DNA of 64,000 bases from Tubiluchus corallicola (GCA_030141605.1 JAQGDQ010000002.1:2604001-2668000), one strand, 5' to 3'. Shown: positions 11,750-24,740, counted from the stretch's first letter. Notes: generated by a model from the sequence alone, not told the origin. Made by a program: numbers and translations.

Positions 11750-14700
11750 TTCTTTTTCTTGTAGCTGCACATCTAACTCTGGATGATGAGCATTGAATTT
11801 GTAAGAGCTGAAGTCAGACAATCAACCAACTGGACTGGTGCAGGCCAGTAGTACAGATTTGATGACTGTTTAGAATAATATCTGTCCTAAATGCTTACAT
11901 GGTGACTAAAAGATAAGGCTGGGTATGTGGGGTGTTTGTGTATTACACTTACAGGTGCAGATGCGATTTTCCAAAACCAACATGTCCACGTCCTCCTCGT
12001 TGCTGATGTCGTGTATATGAGAGTGCTAAATAGTACAAAACACCGTCATTGACAGCTATGTGCAAAGCGGTTGAACAAAAAGTAGGCATATTCACGTCAA
12101 CTCTAATGCAGGCCAGTACACTGTCTAAGGTTTATTTTGCTGTTTGGTTTTTTTATATTTCTCTTGATTAACTTGACAACAGAATATCGTTTGTGTGTTG
12201 TTTCTTAATTGCACTTACAGATCCAGGCCAACTTGCAAGATTCGCTTAAAGCGGCCGCATTTGTTCTCATTCTGATTGATTGCCGAAAGAACTGCAGTAA
12301 AGGTAGATCTAAATGCACGTGGAGAGATTACTTGTGACAGCATTGACTTTTGATTGCCAAAAGAACAGCAGTAAAGATAGTTCTAAATGCACATGAACAA
12401 ATTACACATCACAACATTGACTTTTGACTTCAGGCCAGTATAGTTAGTTCTTGCTAAATTGGTTTTGCTAATTTTGTAGGCAAGTGCGCATTGGCTTGTA
12501 GGATGTTCTTTTATTACACTTACAGATTCAGGTTTGCGGAAAACGCTTGTTCCAGATCTGATGCATATCAAATGCAAACAGTTTCAGAACAACACTACCA
12601 ATAGATTCATAAGTACATGTGGCCAAAGTTCTCGGAACCATGTGAGTCCTCCTGGAGGCTAGTACAACATCTTCTTAAAGTTGAAGGTTGGGCTGGTATA
12701 TGTGGTGTCTTTTTATTACACTTACAGATACATCTTTGCAAATCATTGAAAGTTGGCTTCATTGTATTCAAGTTGTAGAAGCTTAATCTGGCCGTTTGAG
12801 TTTCCGTGTGCAAGAGCTGGAAATTTGATACACGCAACCAACTGGACTGGTGCAGGCCAGTAGTACAATTTTACTGACATTGAAATTTCAGCTAATGTAT
12901 ATTATTAAAATTTCCGTAACTGCTCAGAATTACGCGCTTGGTAGCTAAAAGATAACAATTGGTATGTGGGGTGTTCGTTTATTACATTTGCAGGTGATTT
13001 TGCAAAATTCAAAGATCCCTATCCTTGTTGCTGATCTGATGTATGTGAAGTGCTGAATAGTACAGAACATCAGTATTGACGGATATGTGCATGCAAGCAG
13101 CTGAACAAAAAGTAGACAACCATGTCAATTCTAATGCAGGCCAGTGCAAGTGTCTTAAGGTTTTTCTGCTGTTCATTAGTTTCTTTCGATAATTGCTCTG
13201 ATTAACTGTGTGCAGGCTACTACAACTTACTAAATTGAAGGGTGGGCTGGTATGCGTGGAGCTTTTTTAATTGCACTTACAGATTTGGCTTTGCAAGTCA
13301 CTTAGAGACCCGTCTGTTTACGTCTTGAGACTGAAAGCAAAAGTGTCGAAAAGTCGACAGTAAACGTATTGGAGCTGTAGAAGCTTGATCTGGACGTTTT
13401 GAGTTTTCATATGCAAGAGCTGAAAATTTGAGTAGTATACATTTATTTAATTTTAGGCAAAATTAACTTCACAAGCTAAAGATGGGTTTTGGTATGTGGT
13501 GTGTTCTTTTATTTACACTTACAGATGCACTGGTGTTTGGAAAACTCGTTTAAACGCCCATGTGTTTGTTGCTGGACAAGTAATGTGCACGACATACTGT
13601 ATAGTACAAAACATCGGCAGCGGTGAATATAAATACATGCAAGGAGTCTTAAAATGGTGCCAACTGCATTGCAGGCTAGTACAGTGTACATGATTGTTTG
13701 CTGAAGTTTTAGTCTTCGATGATCTATGAATTACCTTCATTGCTAAAATATACATGTAATTTGGTTTGTGCTATTTTTTTAATTGCACTTACAGATGCAG
13801 ACAAATTTGCGAGGTACACTTAAAACCTGTCTCTGTTTTGAATTTGATCGAAATAATAACAATCTAAAGACAACACATGAACAGTTGCGCATAACCACAG
13901 ACTCCATTGAAGTCAACGGAGTAGAACCTTACCAAAATTACATAGAACAGCATCAACGCAAGTGCAGGCCAGTACAGTTTACTAAATTACGTAGGCAATT
14001 TTATGGGTTGGTGGGTTGGTATGCAGGGTACTTTTTGTTACACTTGCAGGAGCAGAAAGATTTGCCAATTACACCTGTCAGTGATTTGCACATCAATGCC
14101 AAAAATTGCATAACAGCAGTTGCAACACGCTTTAGAACGACGGACAGTTCAAGTGCACATGACCACATCGCTTTCATACAGGCCAGTACAGTCTTCTGCA
14201 CGTTTTTCTTTGGTTGTTTAACAGCTGACAAGCATGGTTTCGGCATGCAGGGCGTTTTTTTTATTACACTTACAGATGTAGAAAGATTTGCGAGAATACA
14301 CACACTGCCCCTTGATTTGGTACACATCACATGTAGAAAATTGCATGACAGCGGTTACAATGGATGTCTAAATACATGAGCAGACTGACAGCGTGCAGAA
14401 CCGTATGAGCTCTCATACAGGCCAGTACAGCTTTCACTGAATAATTTTGTAGGTAAGATGCGCATTGGCATATAGGATGTTCTTTTATTACACTTACAGA
14501 TTCAGGTTTGCGGAAAACGCTTGTTCCAGATCTGATGCATATCAAATGCAAACAGTTTCAGACCAACACTACCAATAGATTCATAAGTACATGTGGCCAA
14601 AGTTCTCGGAACCATGTGAGTCCTCATGGAGGCTAGTACAACATCTTCTTAAAGTTGAAGGTTGGGCTGGTATATGTGGTGTCTTTTTATTACACTTACA

Positions 14701-17700
14701 GATACATCTTTGCAAATCATTGAAAGTTGGCTTCATTGTATTCAAGTTGTAGAAGCTTAATCTGGCCGTTTGAGTTTCCGTGTGCAAGAGCTGGAAATTT
14801 GATACACGCAACCAACTGGACTGGTGCAGGCCAGTAGTACAATTTTACTGACATTGAAATTTCAGCTAATGTATATTATTAAAATTTCCGTAACTGCTCA
14901 GAATTACGCGCTTGGTAGCTAAAAGATAACGATTGGTATGTGGGGTGTTCGTTTATTACATTTGCAGGTGATTTTGCAAAATTCAAAGATCCCTATCCTT
15001 GTTGCTGATCTGATGTATGTGAAGTGCTGAATAGTACAGAACATCAGTATTGACGGATATGTGCATGCAAGCAGCTGAACAAAAAGTAGACAACCATGTC
15101 AATTCTAATGCAGGCCAGTGCAAGTGTCTTAAGGTTTTTCTGCTGTTCATTAGTTTCTTTCGATAATTGCTCTGATTAACTGTGTGCAGGCTACTACAAC
15201 TTACTAAATTGAAGGGTGGGCTGGTATGCGTGGAGCTTTTTTAATTGCACTTACAGATTTGGCTTTGCAAGTCACTTAGAGACCCGTCTGTTTACGTCTT
15301 GAAACTGAAAGCAAAAGTGTCGAAAAGTCGACAGTAAACGTATTGGAGCTGTAGAAGCTTGATCTGGACGTTTTGAGTTTTCATATGCAAGAGCTGAAAA
15401 TTTGAATCGAACCAATTCGACGACAAGTGCAGGCCAGTAGTATACATTTATTTAATTTTAGGCAAAATTAACTTCACAAGCTAAAGATGGGTTTTGGTAT
15501 GTGGTGTGTTCTTTTATTTACACTTACAGATGCACCGGTGTTTGGAAAACTCGTTTAAACGCCCATGTGTTTGTTGCTGGACAAGTAATGTGCACGACAT
15601 ACTGTATAGTACAAAACATCGGCAGCGGTGAATATAAATACATGCAAGGAGTCTTAAAATGGTGCCAACTGCATTGCAGGCTAGTACAGTGTACATGATT
15701 GTTTGCTGAAGTTTTAGTCTTCGATGATCTATGAATTACCTTCATTGCTGAAATATACATGTAATTTGGTTTGTGCTATTTTTTTAATTGCACTTACAGA
15801 TGCAGACAAATTTGCGAGGTACACTTAAAACCTGTCTCTGTTTTGAATTTGATCGAAATAATAACAATCTAAAGACAACACATGAACAGTTACGCATAAC
15901 CACAGACTCCATTGAAGTCAACGGAGTAGAACCTTACCAAAATTACATAGAACAGCATCAACGCAAGTGCAGGCCAGTACAGTTTACTAAATTACGTAGG
16001 CAATTTTATGGGTTGGTGGGTTGGTATGCAGGGTACTTTTTGTTACACTTGCAGGAGCAGAAAGATTTGCCAATTACACCTGTCAGTGATTTGCACATCA
16101 ATGCCAAAAATTGCATAACAGCAGTTGCAACACGCTTTAGAACGACGGACAGTTCAAGTGCACATGACCACATCGCTTTCATACAGGCCAGTACAGTCTT
16201 CTGCACGTTTTTCTTTGGTTGTTTAACAGCTGACAAGCATGGTTTCGGCATGCAGGGCGTTTTTTTATTACACTTACAGATGTAGAAAGATTTGCGAGAA
16301 TACACACACTGCCCCTTGATTTGGTACACATCACATGTAGAAAATTGCATGACAGCGGTTACAATGGATGTCTAAATACATGAGCAGACTGACAGCGTGC
16401 AGAACCGTATGAGCTCTCATACAGGCCAGTACAGCTTTCACTGAATAATTTTGTAGGTAAGATGCGCATTGGCATATAGGATGTTCTTTTATTACACTTA
16501 CAGATTCAGGTTTGCGGAAAACGCTTGTTCCAGATCTGATGCATATCAAATGCAAACACTTTCAGACCAACACTACCAATAGATTCATAAGACATGTGAC
16601 CAAAATTCTCGGAACCATGTGAGTCCTCATGGAGGCTAGTACAACATCTTCTTAAAGTTGAAGGTTGGGCTGGTATATGTGGTGTCTTTTTATTACACTT
16701 ACAGATACATCTTTGCAAATCATTGAAAGTTGGCTTCATTGTATTCAAGTTGTAGAAGCTTAATCTGGCCGTTTGAGTTTCCGTGTGCAAGAGCTGGAAA
16801 TTTGATACACGCAACCAACTGGACTGGTGCAGGCCAGTAGTACAATTTTACTGACATTGAAATTTCAGCTAATGTATATTATTAAAATTTCCGTAACTGC
16901 TCAGAATTATGCGCTTGGTAGCTAAAAGATAACGATTGGTATGTGGGGTGTTCGTTTATTACATTTGCAGGTGATTTTGCAAAATTCAAAGATCCCTATC
17001 CTTGTTGCTGATCTGATGTATGTGAAGTGCTGAATAGTACAGAACATCAGTATTGACGGATATGTGCATGCAAGCAGCTGAACAAAAAGTAGACAACCAT
17101 GTCAATTCTAATGCAGGCCAGTGCAAGTGTCTAAGGTTTTTCTGCTGTTCATTAGTTTCTTTCGATAATTGCTCTGATTAACTGTGTGCAGGCTACTACA
17201 ACTTACTAAATTGAAGGGTGGGCTGGTATGCGTGGAGCTTTTTTAATTGCACTTACAGATTTGGCTTTGCAAGTCACTTAGAGACCCGTCTGTTTACGTC
17301 TTGAAACTGAAAGCAAAAGTGTCAAAAAGTCGACAGTAAACGTATTGGAGCTGTAGAAGCTTGATCTGGACGTTTTGAGTTTTCATATGCAAGAGCTGAA
17401 AATTTGAATCGAACCAATTCGACGACAAGTGCAGGCCAGTAGTATACATTTATTTAATTTTAGGCAAAATTAACTTCACTGCTTATCAAACCTGCTTTGT
17501 TCGCTGATCTGATGTACATCAAATGCCGGAGTACAAAACTGTTATATTGCAGATAAACCTCGATACATATTGATACATATTGAAGATGTAACTACACACA
17601 AGCAGTAACAAACTTCACCAAACCATGGCAACCCTCATACAGGCCAGTATGTTATTTGTGTGCTTTTTCTATTCCTTATTGTTTGGTGGGTGGTGTGTTC

Positions 17701-19150
17701 GTTTATTACAGTTGCAGATGTGGAAGAATTGACAAAAATGTATGAACTGGAACCTTTGTCCCTGATGAAAAGTTCAAAACAACAGTTAATAACAGATGTC
17801 TAAACACACATGAACAGATGAACAAAATGCACAGGGCTGTATGTGAACTACAAGAGTGAATTGGTATGCTGGGTATTCTTACACTTAAAATGCAGATTTG
17901 CAAAGTGTCACCTGTCTGTTTGCACATCAATACCCACAAAGCAATGCAAATGAAAGCAAATGCAGGCCAGTACAGTTTTTCAATATTGTGTTGTGCAGCA
18001 TTCCATTTTATTATACATCGAGTAATTGACTGGAGTCGATGACATGGTTTTGCATGCTTGGTGCCATTTTGTTACACTTGCAGATCCAGTTAGAGTTAAA
18101 AAATTGTTACAAGGCTGTTCATTGCAAGCCGTCGGCATATCAGATGTTAACTGGTACGTGACAGTTGCTGAATCTAAATATAGTAAGCAAGTCCATGGTT
18201 GCATGCACTTTAAATGTTGGAGTGTACAATTGGTGCTGAATTGGGATGAGCAACTGATGTGAGTTCAGGTATGCATTTCTGATGGTAAGAAAATGTCACT
18301 TGTCAGACTTCATCTTCTGGGACTTGTAAAACCCTGTCAACTCTGGATGCTACTGACTGTGTGAATTTTTTCGAAGATTACTTAGATATTTGACTTAATG
18401 TTTGTGGTCCGTTGTGTTTTTATTACTAACTAGTTGGGGGGGGGGGGGCTGGAATTAATCATTCACATTTATGTTTTAAGCTTCATTCTGCATTTTTTTG
18501 CTTTTGCCATTGTGAATGAAGAGAATTAAGACTGTCGAGAATGCTGTCGATCAGAGTGAACCTATCAACACCTGCAAGGCCAGTAACGTTTTGGTCACTA
18601 ATTTATATTCGAGACATTTTTGCATATTTGGAACTGCATTTCCAGAGTTAATTTTAAAATGGTAGCTAGAAAAATTGTGTGTGTGTGTGTGTGTGGTGTG
18701 CTATTTTATATTTACAGGTCGTTGCTGTTAGAAACCCTCCATTGTACGAAAGAAAATGTTCAGAGTCCTAACATTGAGTACATCTAGAAATGTGGAGTGT
18801 TTGAAGGAGCTGTCAAGAACTGATATGATTTTTGATCTTTAGCAGTCTGTAGGATAAACTGTGAGCATATTAATAGAATGTTTTTTATCCAATTTAGTCG
18901 TTAATTACAACTTCTTCCTTCTATTTGGAATTTACCACACTTCTGAATATATATGTATCTATATAATCTGTGTTAACTGAAATGTTTTTATTTTTGCTCG
19001 ATTTTCTGTATGTGTCTTTATTTATTTAATGTGGATTAACAATGTAGCAGTGATTTTTAGTAGCAGGGAAGAAATTGTGGGGCATGTGTGTTTTTACTTC
19101 TACAGGTTAATAATTCTGCCACATCAACTGCAGTGGCGAGACAAGTAGTG
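11750..19150 (+). ncRNA. Putative multi-exon non-coding transcript or 3' extension made of ~250-bp exon/intron-like units
   Basis: Recurrent (T)nACACTTACAG acceptor-like motifs (11954, 12220, 12525, 12727, 12993, 13282, 13524, 13794, 14049, 14275 ...) alternating with CAG|GC(C/T)AGTA; no consistent reading frame. Confidence 0.45.
12470..17478. repeat. Near-identical higher-order tandem repeat, ~2.0-kb period, ~2.5 copies
   Basis: Duplicated ORF-track peptides at 12607/14581/~16584, 13496/15501 and 13783/15788; periods 1974 and ~2004 bp. Confidence 0.95.
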
Positions 19151-20594
19151 TCAAGATCTACCGAAGATGAGTGAACAGTGTTCATGGCATTATACGTGTG
19201 TATCTAATGTGGTAAAATTCTTTTGTCGAGTTTCTATAGGTGGTATTGATACATGTAAAAACGGGTTGGGGTAGGTGCAGTCAAACTGGTATTCTTTAGT
19301 TCTTTTTCGAAGTTCTACGATCTGGTTATGAAGTCTAGGAATAGTGTTCAACAGCGATGTACTCCGTTTAATAATGGTTGGCAGAAACTGTGAGAGGATT
19401 CTGAACGCCAAGGCTTGTGCTGCTGTTTATTTTCAAATTCATTTTGGATCTTTTTGAAAAGTTGCTTAATTTCAACACAACTTTACTATACCTTTGTGAG
19501 TGTGACTTCTGATAATATTGTATATATATATATATATATATGTTGATAACCTCAGTTCTCACACTTTGCCATCGCATTTTGTAAATTTCTCGTTTAAACC
19601 AATGCTCGTGTTTTGTGCTCACTTATGATACTTTATGCTGCTTTGATTTTTTTTATTTTTATGCTTATGGTAACTGTGTATTGTGAATTTGGGTGGATAA
19701 GCACTTTATGACTCTGCATTTAACATCGCTCGAGTTTAGCAATATTGACTGTGACAGCAAGACCACATGTTTTTCACTTTGTGTGATTACTCTGTACTAT
19801 AAATTTTCGTGATTTTCGTAATTTTAATTTGCTATGGTGTTTTATATACATTTGCTTGTGTGTGGAAGTGCTGGTTGAAATTCTTTTAATAGTTGCTTTT
19901 ACCAAGGAGATAGTGTTTACTTTGTCTCCAGTGAGTTTATGACTCCAAAAACTAGTGATACTTGTTTGGTGACCCACTTTGTATCGCAGTATTCCATTTA
20001 TTGTATATTTTTATTATCGTTGTGTGTTTTCGTGATGGTAGTATATGCGAGTTACGACAGTTTTGTTCTTCGGGTATCATGGTTTTCTGTATTGTAACAA
20101 AGTAATGGTGGCCATACCAGAAGAAGCCATCTGTGAGCAGTTTGGAGCAACTTGTGGTAAAGAAAGTAAACTTCACTTTTGGAACAGCATAATTGTGGTA
20201 AAATAGCATATTTTCTCTACTGTGTAGTATATTAAAGGCTGTGAGCTAAAATAACCTGTTCAGCTTTTCTGTAAAAACAATACTGTGCTAATTTCCATTT
20301 TGCATGTGTTGCAAGATAGTTTTCATATTTTTATAGCACCCTGTTGCTAACTATGGATCAGGTTTATGTTGGAATGCTATATAGATCCTCGGTTACCTAG
20401 TGGCGCCTTGTTGGCTGTTCCACTGCTATTTTGTTTGTGAAGAATGTTGGGACACTTGGTAAGCACGGAATACTAAAGGTGGTTGCATATGAACTTGAAG
20501 ATGTCTCATTTTGCAAGTAATACCAAACACCTTAACAAAATGTTTGCTTACTTGATTTCTAATGGATGTTTTTTGTCTCGTGAAATCTTGTGTC

Positions 20595-20872
20595 ATCTTG
20601 TTGCCAGCTAAGTTAGTGTGGTGTTAAAGCTTGCCTTTTAAATAAATTGCAATTATAATTTGCGTGGTGATGTGCTACTATCGTGTTTGGATTACATAGT
20701 GTGAACGTGATAGTTTATACAAAACTATTTTTGATCTTGTTGTCAGCTAAGTTAGTGTGGTGTTAAAGCTTGCCTTTTAAATAAATTGCAATTATAATTT
20801 GCATGGTGATGTGCTACTATCGTGTTTGGATTACATAGTGTGAACGTGATAGTTTATACAAAACTATTTTTG
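20595..20872. repeat. Tandem duplication, 139-bp period, 2 near-identical copies
   Basis: atcttgttg(c/t)cagctaagttagtgtgg... at 20595 and 20734. Confidence 0.9.
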
Positions 20873-23800
20873 TGACAATTGTATGCACATTATATGCTTT
20901 TGAGTGTAACACATTCGTAATTGTGGTGTACATATTCATTTGCCAAATTCTTTAAAATATTTAATTTTGTGTTTTAGTTTTGTGGATAAACGGGTGTGGT
21001 CAAGTTTTTTTTTGTTGCAGCATAGAATGTTTTGTTAATATAGTGCAGTTAGCTCTTCCAAATTGGCTTTCAACACAAAATCAGCCCTGACACTTCTTCA
21101 GTTTTGGCTTTCAATGAAGGATCTCATTGGAATAGAGTACAGTTTGGAAGCGGTTTGGCATTTGATTAAGGCTGTGTTAGTCGATGTTTGGGCATATGTG
21201 TACGAATTTAATTTTACTGATTTTCATTTCTGAAATTTGTTACGCAGGCATGTTGTTGTTTAGTTTAGTATGTGTTATTCTGTAGCTTGTGCTGCTTCCA
21301 GTCTTTTCCAGTTTGCTCAAAATCGTATGAACAAGAATATTTTCGCAAAATTTGTTTCGACAGGTGAATAAACTACAAACTTCTGAAAAATAGTGCTAAC
21401 TGTCGTGTAAAGATGTGTCATCTTGATGGATTGGCTGTGCTGTGCAGTATGTTGTTACAAGCGGTTTGGACTTTGTATCACTTTATAATTGTAATTTATT
21501 TTGTATCAAATACTGGAATCTGTTAATGTCGAAGTTTGTAATTTTTCGTCTCATTTGTAATGGTGTACTTTTAGTGTGCTACATTCCGTTATCAAAAAAT
21601 TGCATGTTGACTTTTAGGTTGTCAGCTTTCTCAGTTCAGTAGCTTTTTGCTTAATTTAAAATAATCATAGCATTATATTAGAAATGAGGTTTTTCTTTCA
21701 AAGTTTATATTTTGACAGGTCAAATTGTAATTGAAATGAGCAGTGTAAATGCCTTGTCATCAATTATAGTTGACTCACCATATTGGATTGGGTACGCCGT
21801 GGTTGTTGTCACAAGCAGTTTGGAATTGTATCAATTAATTTTCTTTTTTATAATGCTTCATTTTACTATTTAGAAATGGTGCGCGTTTGTATTTAAAGTT
21901 AGCTTAAACTTTCCATTTGTTCATACTCCGAGTAACAATGCAGTTCATGAACTTAAACTTAACTTGTTGAATACATCGATGTTTATTTTTATGGGGTCAT
22001 TTAAAATTTTCACAGGAATACTAGCATTTTCCAAGATAACTAAACTAGTCACGGAAAAATCGACGGATGCCATAATAAAAGCACTGTGCGGTGTAGCTAT
22101 TAATGTAAAAGGTACAATTGATTAAACATGATGTAATAATGTACACGAACTGTTGCTTATAAATGCAGTAACTTTAATTACTTAAATTTCTCAAATGAAT
22201 TGTTTCATTGGTTTTCATGTTCTACTATTTATCAGTTGTTGCAAGAGTAAAGGGCGTGGGGAAGATTTTTTTATTGTTGCAGTATTGAGCTGGCATCTCG
22301 TTTCGTGGAGGGTCTTGCGTACTGATTTGTTAACTAAAGAGATTGTTGTCGGAACAACTTGCAGTGCACGGTTTACAAGCGGTTTGAAATGTATCGTTTG
22401 TTTATTTTTCGTTCAAACATATTAGAGCTATTAGTACGTTACGAAACATATTGGAAATATAGTTTTGCATTACAAAACATTGGTTTAGTTTTGTTGTTTC
22501 AAGTGATTCATAAACTAAAAGTGTGTGTTATGGACAAAAAAATTTTCTGTTAAATTTTTTTAACAGGATGCAAGGTTTTTTCCTCCGAGGCAGTGCATGT
22601 ATTTTCTGTATGTAAAGAGTAATTGGAAACTGGTGAGCCAAGGTTAAAGATATCTGTTTTGTCTTTTGTGAAATACTTGTGTGTGATGACCTACTTTTGT
22701 TAGTCACTTTAATTTACTGCTTACATCGTAAATAACGTGATTGTTACTGTTTGACTTCTAATTTAAAGTGCATTACAAACTATGATTCTTGATCTTGCAA
22801 GTTAACATTGTTTTTTGGGATGTGGGGTTTGCTTTTTTCTCTTTGACAGATTTGCTTCTGCTGTCACTTCCGTCTGCATTCTAATGCATTTATACAAATT
22901 TGATTTATCATCTCTACTTGTTAAAATGGACTTCTTGGACACGAAGCTCTTGAGACGATTTCTATATTGCACACAACAGCCTCTGTGAATACTTCAGATC
23001 TCCAGGCAAGCAGTAGATAATTAATTCCGTTCTTCCAGTCATATTTTAATTATTTGTGCATAGTTTTTGTTGATGACGAATTTATGCTTTGGGGATGTGG
23101 GGTTCTCTGTTTGACAGGTTCTTCGCCATTGCTGCACAAGCACTTATCTGCTAATCTGATGTCCCTTTGCTCATAATGCAACCTTGCTGCTGATTTCTTC
23201 AATACAGTGTATATACATACATAAACACAAAAGGAGTTGCCAAAAACTGGTTAATTCATCAAGACAGGTAAAAAGGAACTGGTGTACAGTAAGTGAATAC
23301 AGAAAGCAAACAAATAAGGTACTGCTGTAGTTTCATTCATTGACAAAACTTTGTTAAACTGGAATATCATGGATATTAGCTTTACAAAAAAAACTTGCAA
23401 GATGAATGAGTTCTCTAAAATATATTACGAAAAACATTTCTTAATTTGTCTTGTTTTATTGTCATTCTATGGTTTACGCAATCTATTAGTTTTTGGTTGT
23501 TGTCGTGTTTTGTGCGAGTTTTGACAGGAGTAAAGGAAGTCCCACTTGTTCTCTGACGAGATGTGTAGTGCCAATTTCACTTTAGTGGAAAAGGATGGTT
23601 ATCGATGCTGTAGGCTATCTACTGTACGCTTTTCACCTCATGTCTGATGTCAAATGATTTTACATTTCTTGAACTGGGTAACTGTCATTTTCTTTTCACT
23701 GTATTCTCACTATATTGTAATTTCATTTGGCATTTCTCTGTTTTTTGTAATAAGAGCATTTTACTTTGTAACAGTCATGATTTTGGTTTCTTCGAAAATA

Positions 23801-23939
23801 ACTATTGTCGACGTGTGTGCGTGTCTGAGTTGTTTTGACAGGTGAAAAGATGTACCATGTTTGGTGTCCCTTCACCTAAATTCTTGGAAAGAACCACCAC
23901 ATCACTTGGGGTTTCTACATTTGTCCAAAAATACACAGA

Positions 23940-24740
23940 AGGGAATAGCCATGCCTAGGTCATTGACATCTGTAGGTGCTGTGCCATACCCATGGATAAC
24001 TGGAAAATAGCCAGGTTCAAGCCTTCAACGTTTTTAGGCATTGCATTTCTTCGATACCATGGACCATGGAGAGCTAGGAAATAATAAAGTTCTGAGTCAC
24101 TGACCATGTCCAAATTTTGATGTCTGTAGATGAGTGTATCATGGAGAGCTAAGGATGGCCATTTCCGCTCAATGATGTAGATGCACTGCTGAATTTCTTC
24201 ATTACCTTGGAGAGTATGTGAATGTACCTGGGAGAGTTAAGGATGGCCCTGTTCACTCACTGCTATGAATAGGCCCAGTGCTGAATTTCTTCATTACCTT
24301 GGGGAGTTAGGAACTGGCTGGGTCCGGTTTCACGAAAAGTGCGGAGAGCAGAGGAAATCCAGGTCCAAATTTTCAGTGTTTTAGGCATTGAACTGCTGTA
24401 AAGAGCTTAAACTAGCCAGGTCCAAGTCAATGTCTTCAATACCACAGGGCGCAGGAAATAGCCATTTGTATATTTAATCCACTACCTTATGTAGGTGCTG
24501 AGCTGCTTCATAATACTGTATCATGGTGAGCCATGGAATCTCATTATTCGAGCCTTTGCTGTGTTTAAACTCTGGTCCGTAATGTGGAGAGTTGGGAAAT
24601 GGTGAGGTTTATTAAGCATGGCGAGGACAAAGTCACTGGTGTTTGTAAACAGCTGAAATTTTCTACTTGCCTTGGCGAGTCGAGGACTACCTTGGTGCAG
24701 GTTGCTGTTGTATGTGAATACCATAGGGAGCAGGGAATGC
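23940..24740. repeat. Degenerate ~60-bp minisatellite
   Basis: Recurring cc(a/t)tggagag(c/t)ta..ggatggcc / tgtag / tgctgaatttcttcattacc motifs. Confidence 0.6.

Noticed and set aside
12383-18262. Cys-rich ORFs in the ORF track (e.g. 13783-14379, 15788-16285, 14001-14330)
   Set aside because: They overlap on both strands, use non-ATG starts, run through the splice-like motifs, and differ by frameshift between near-identical copies. One unit (12526-12657) is an open phase 1-1 exon, but its neighbours have stops, so no spliced protein could be built.
11750-19150. CRISPR-like repeat/spacer interpretation of the array
   Set aside because: Eukaryotic context, short degenerate motifs, 100-200-bp intervening sequences homologous to each other, and no cas genes.
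19650-20900. H/ACA snoRNA interpretation of paired hairpins
   Set aside because: Could not place consistent H (ANANNA) and ACA boxes at the required spacing.
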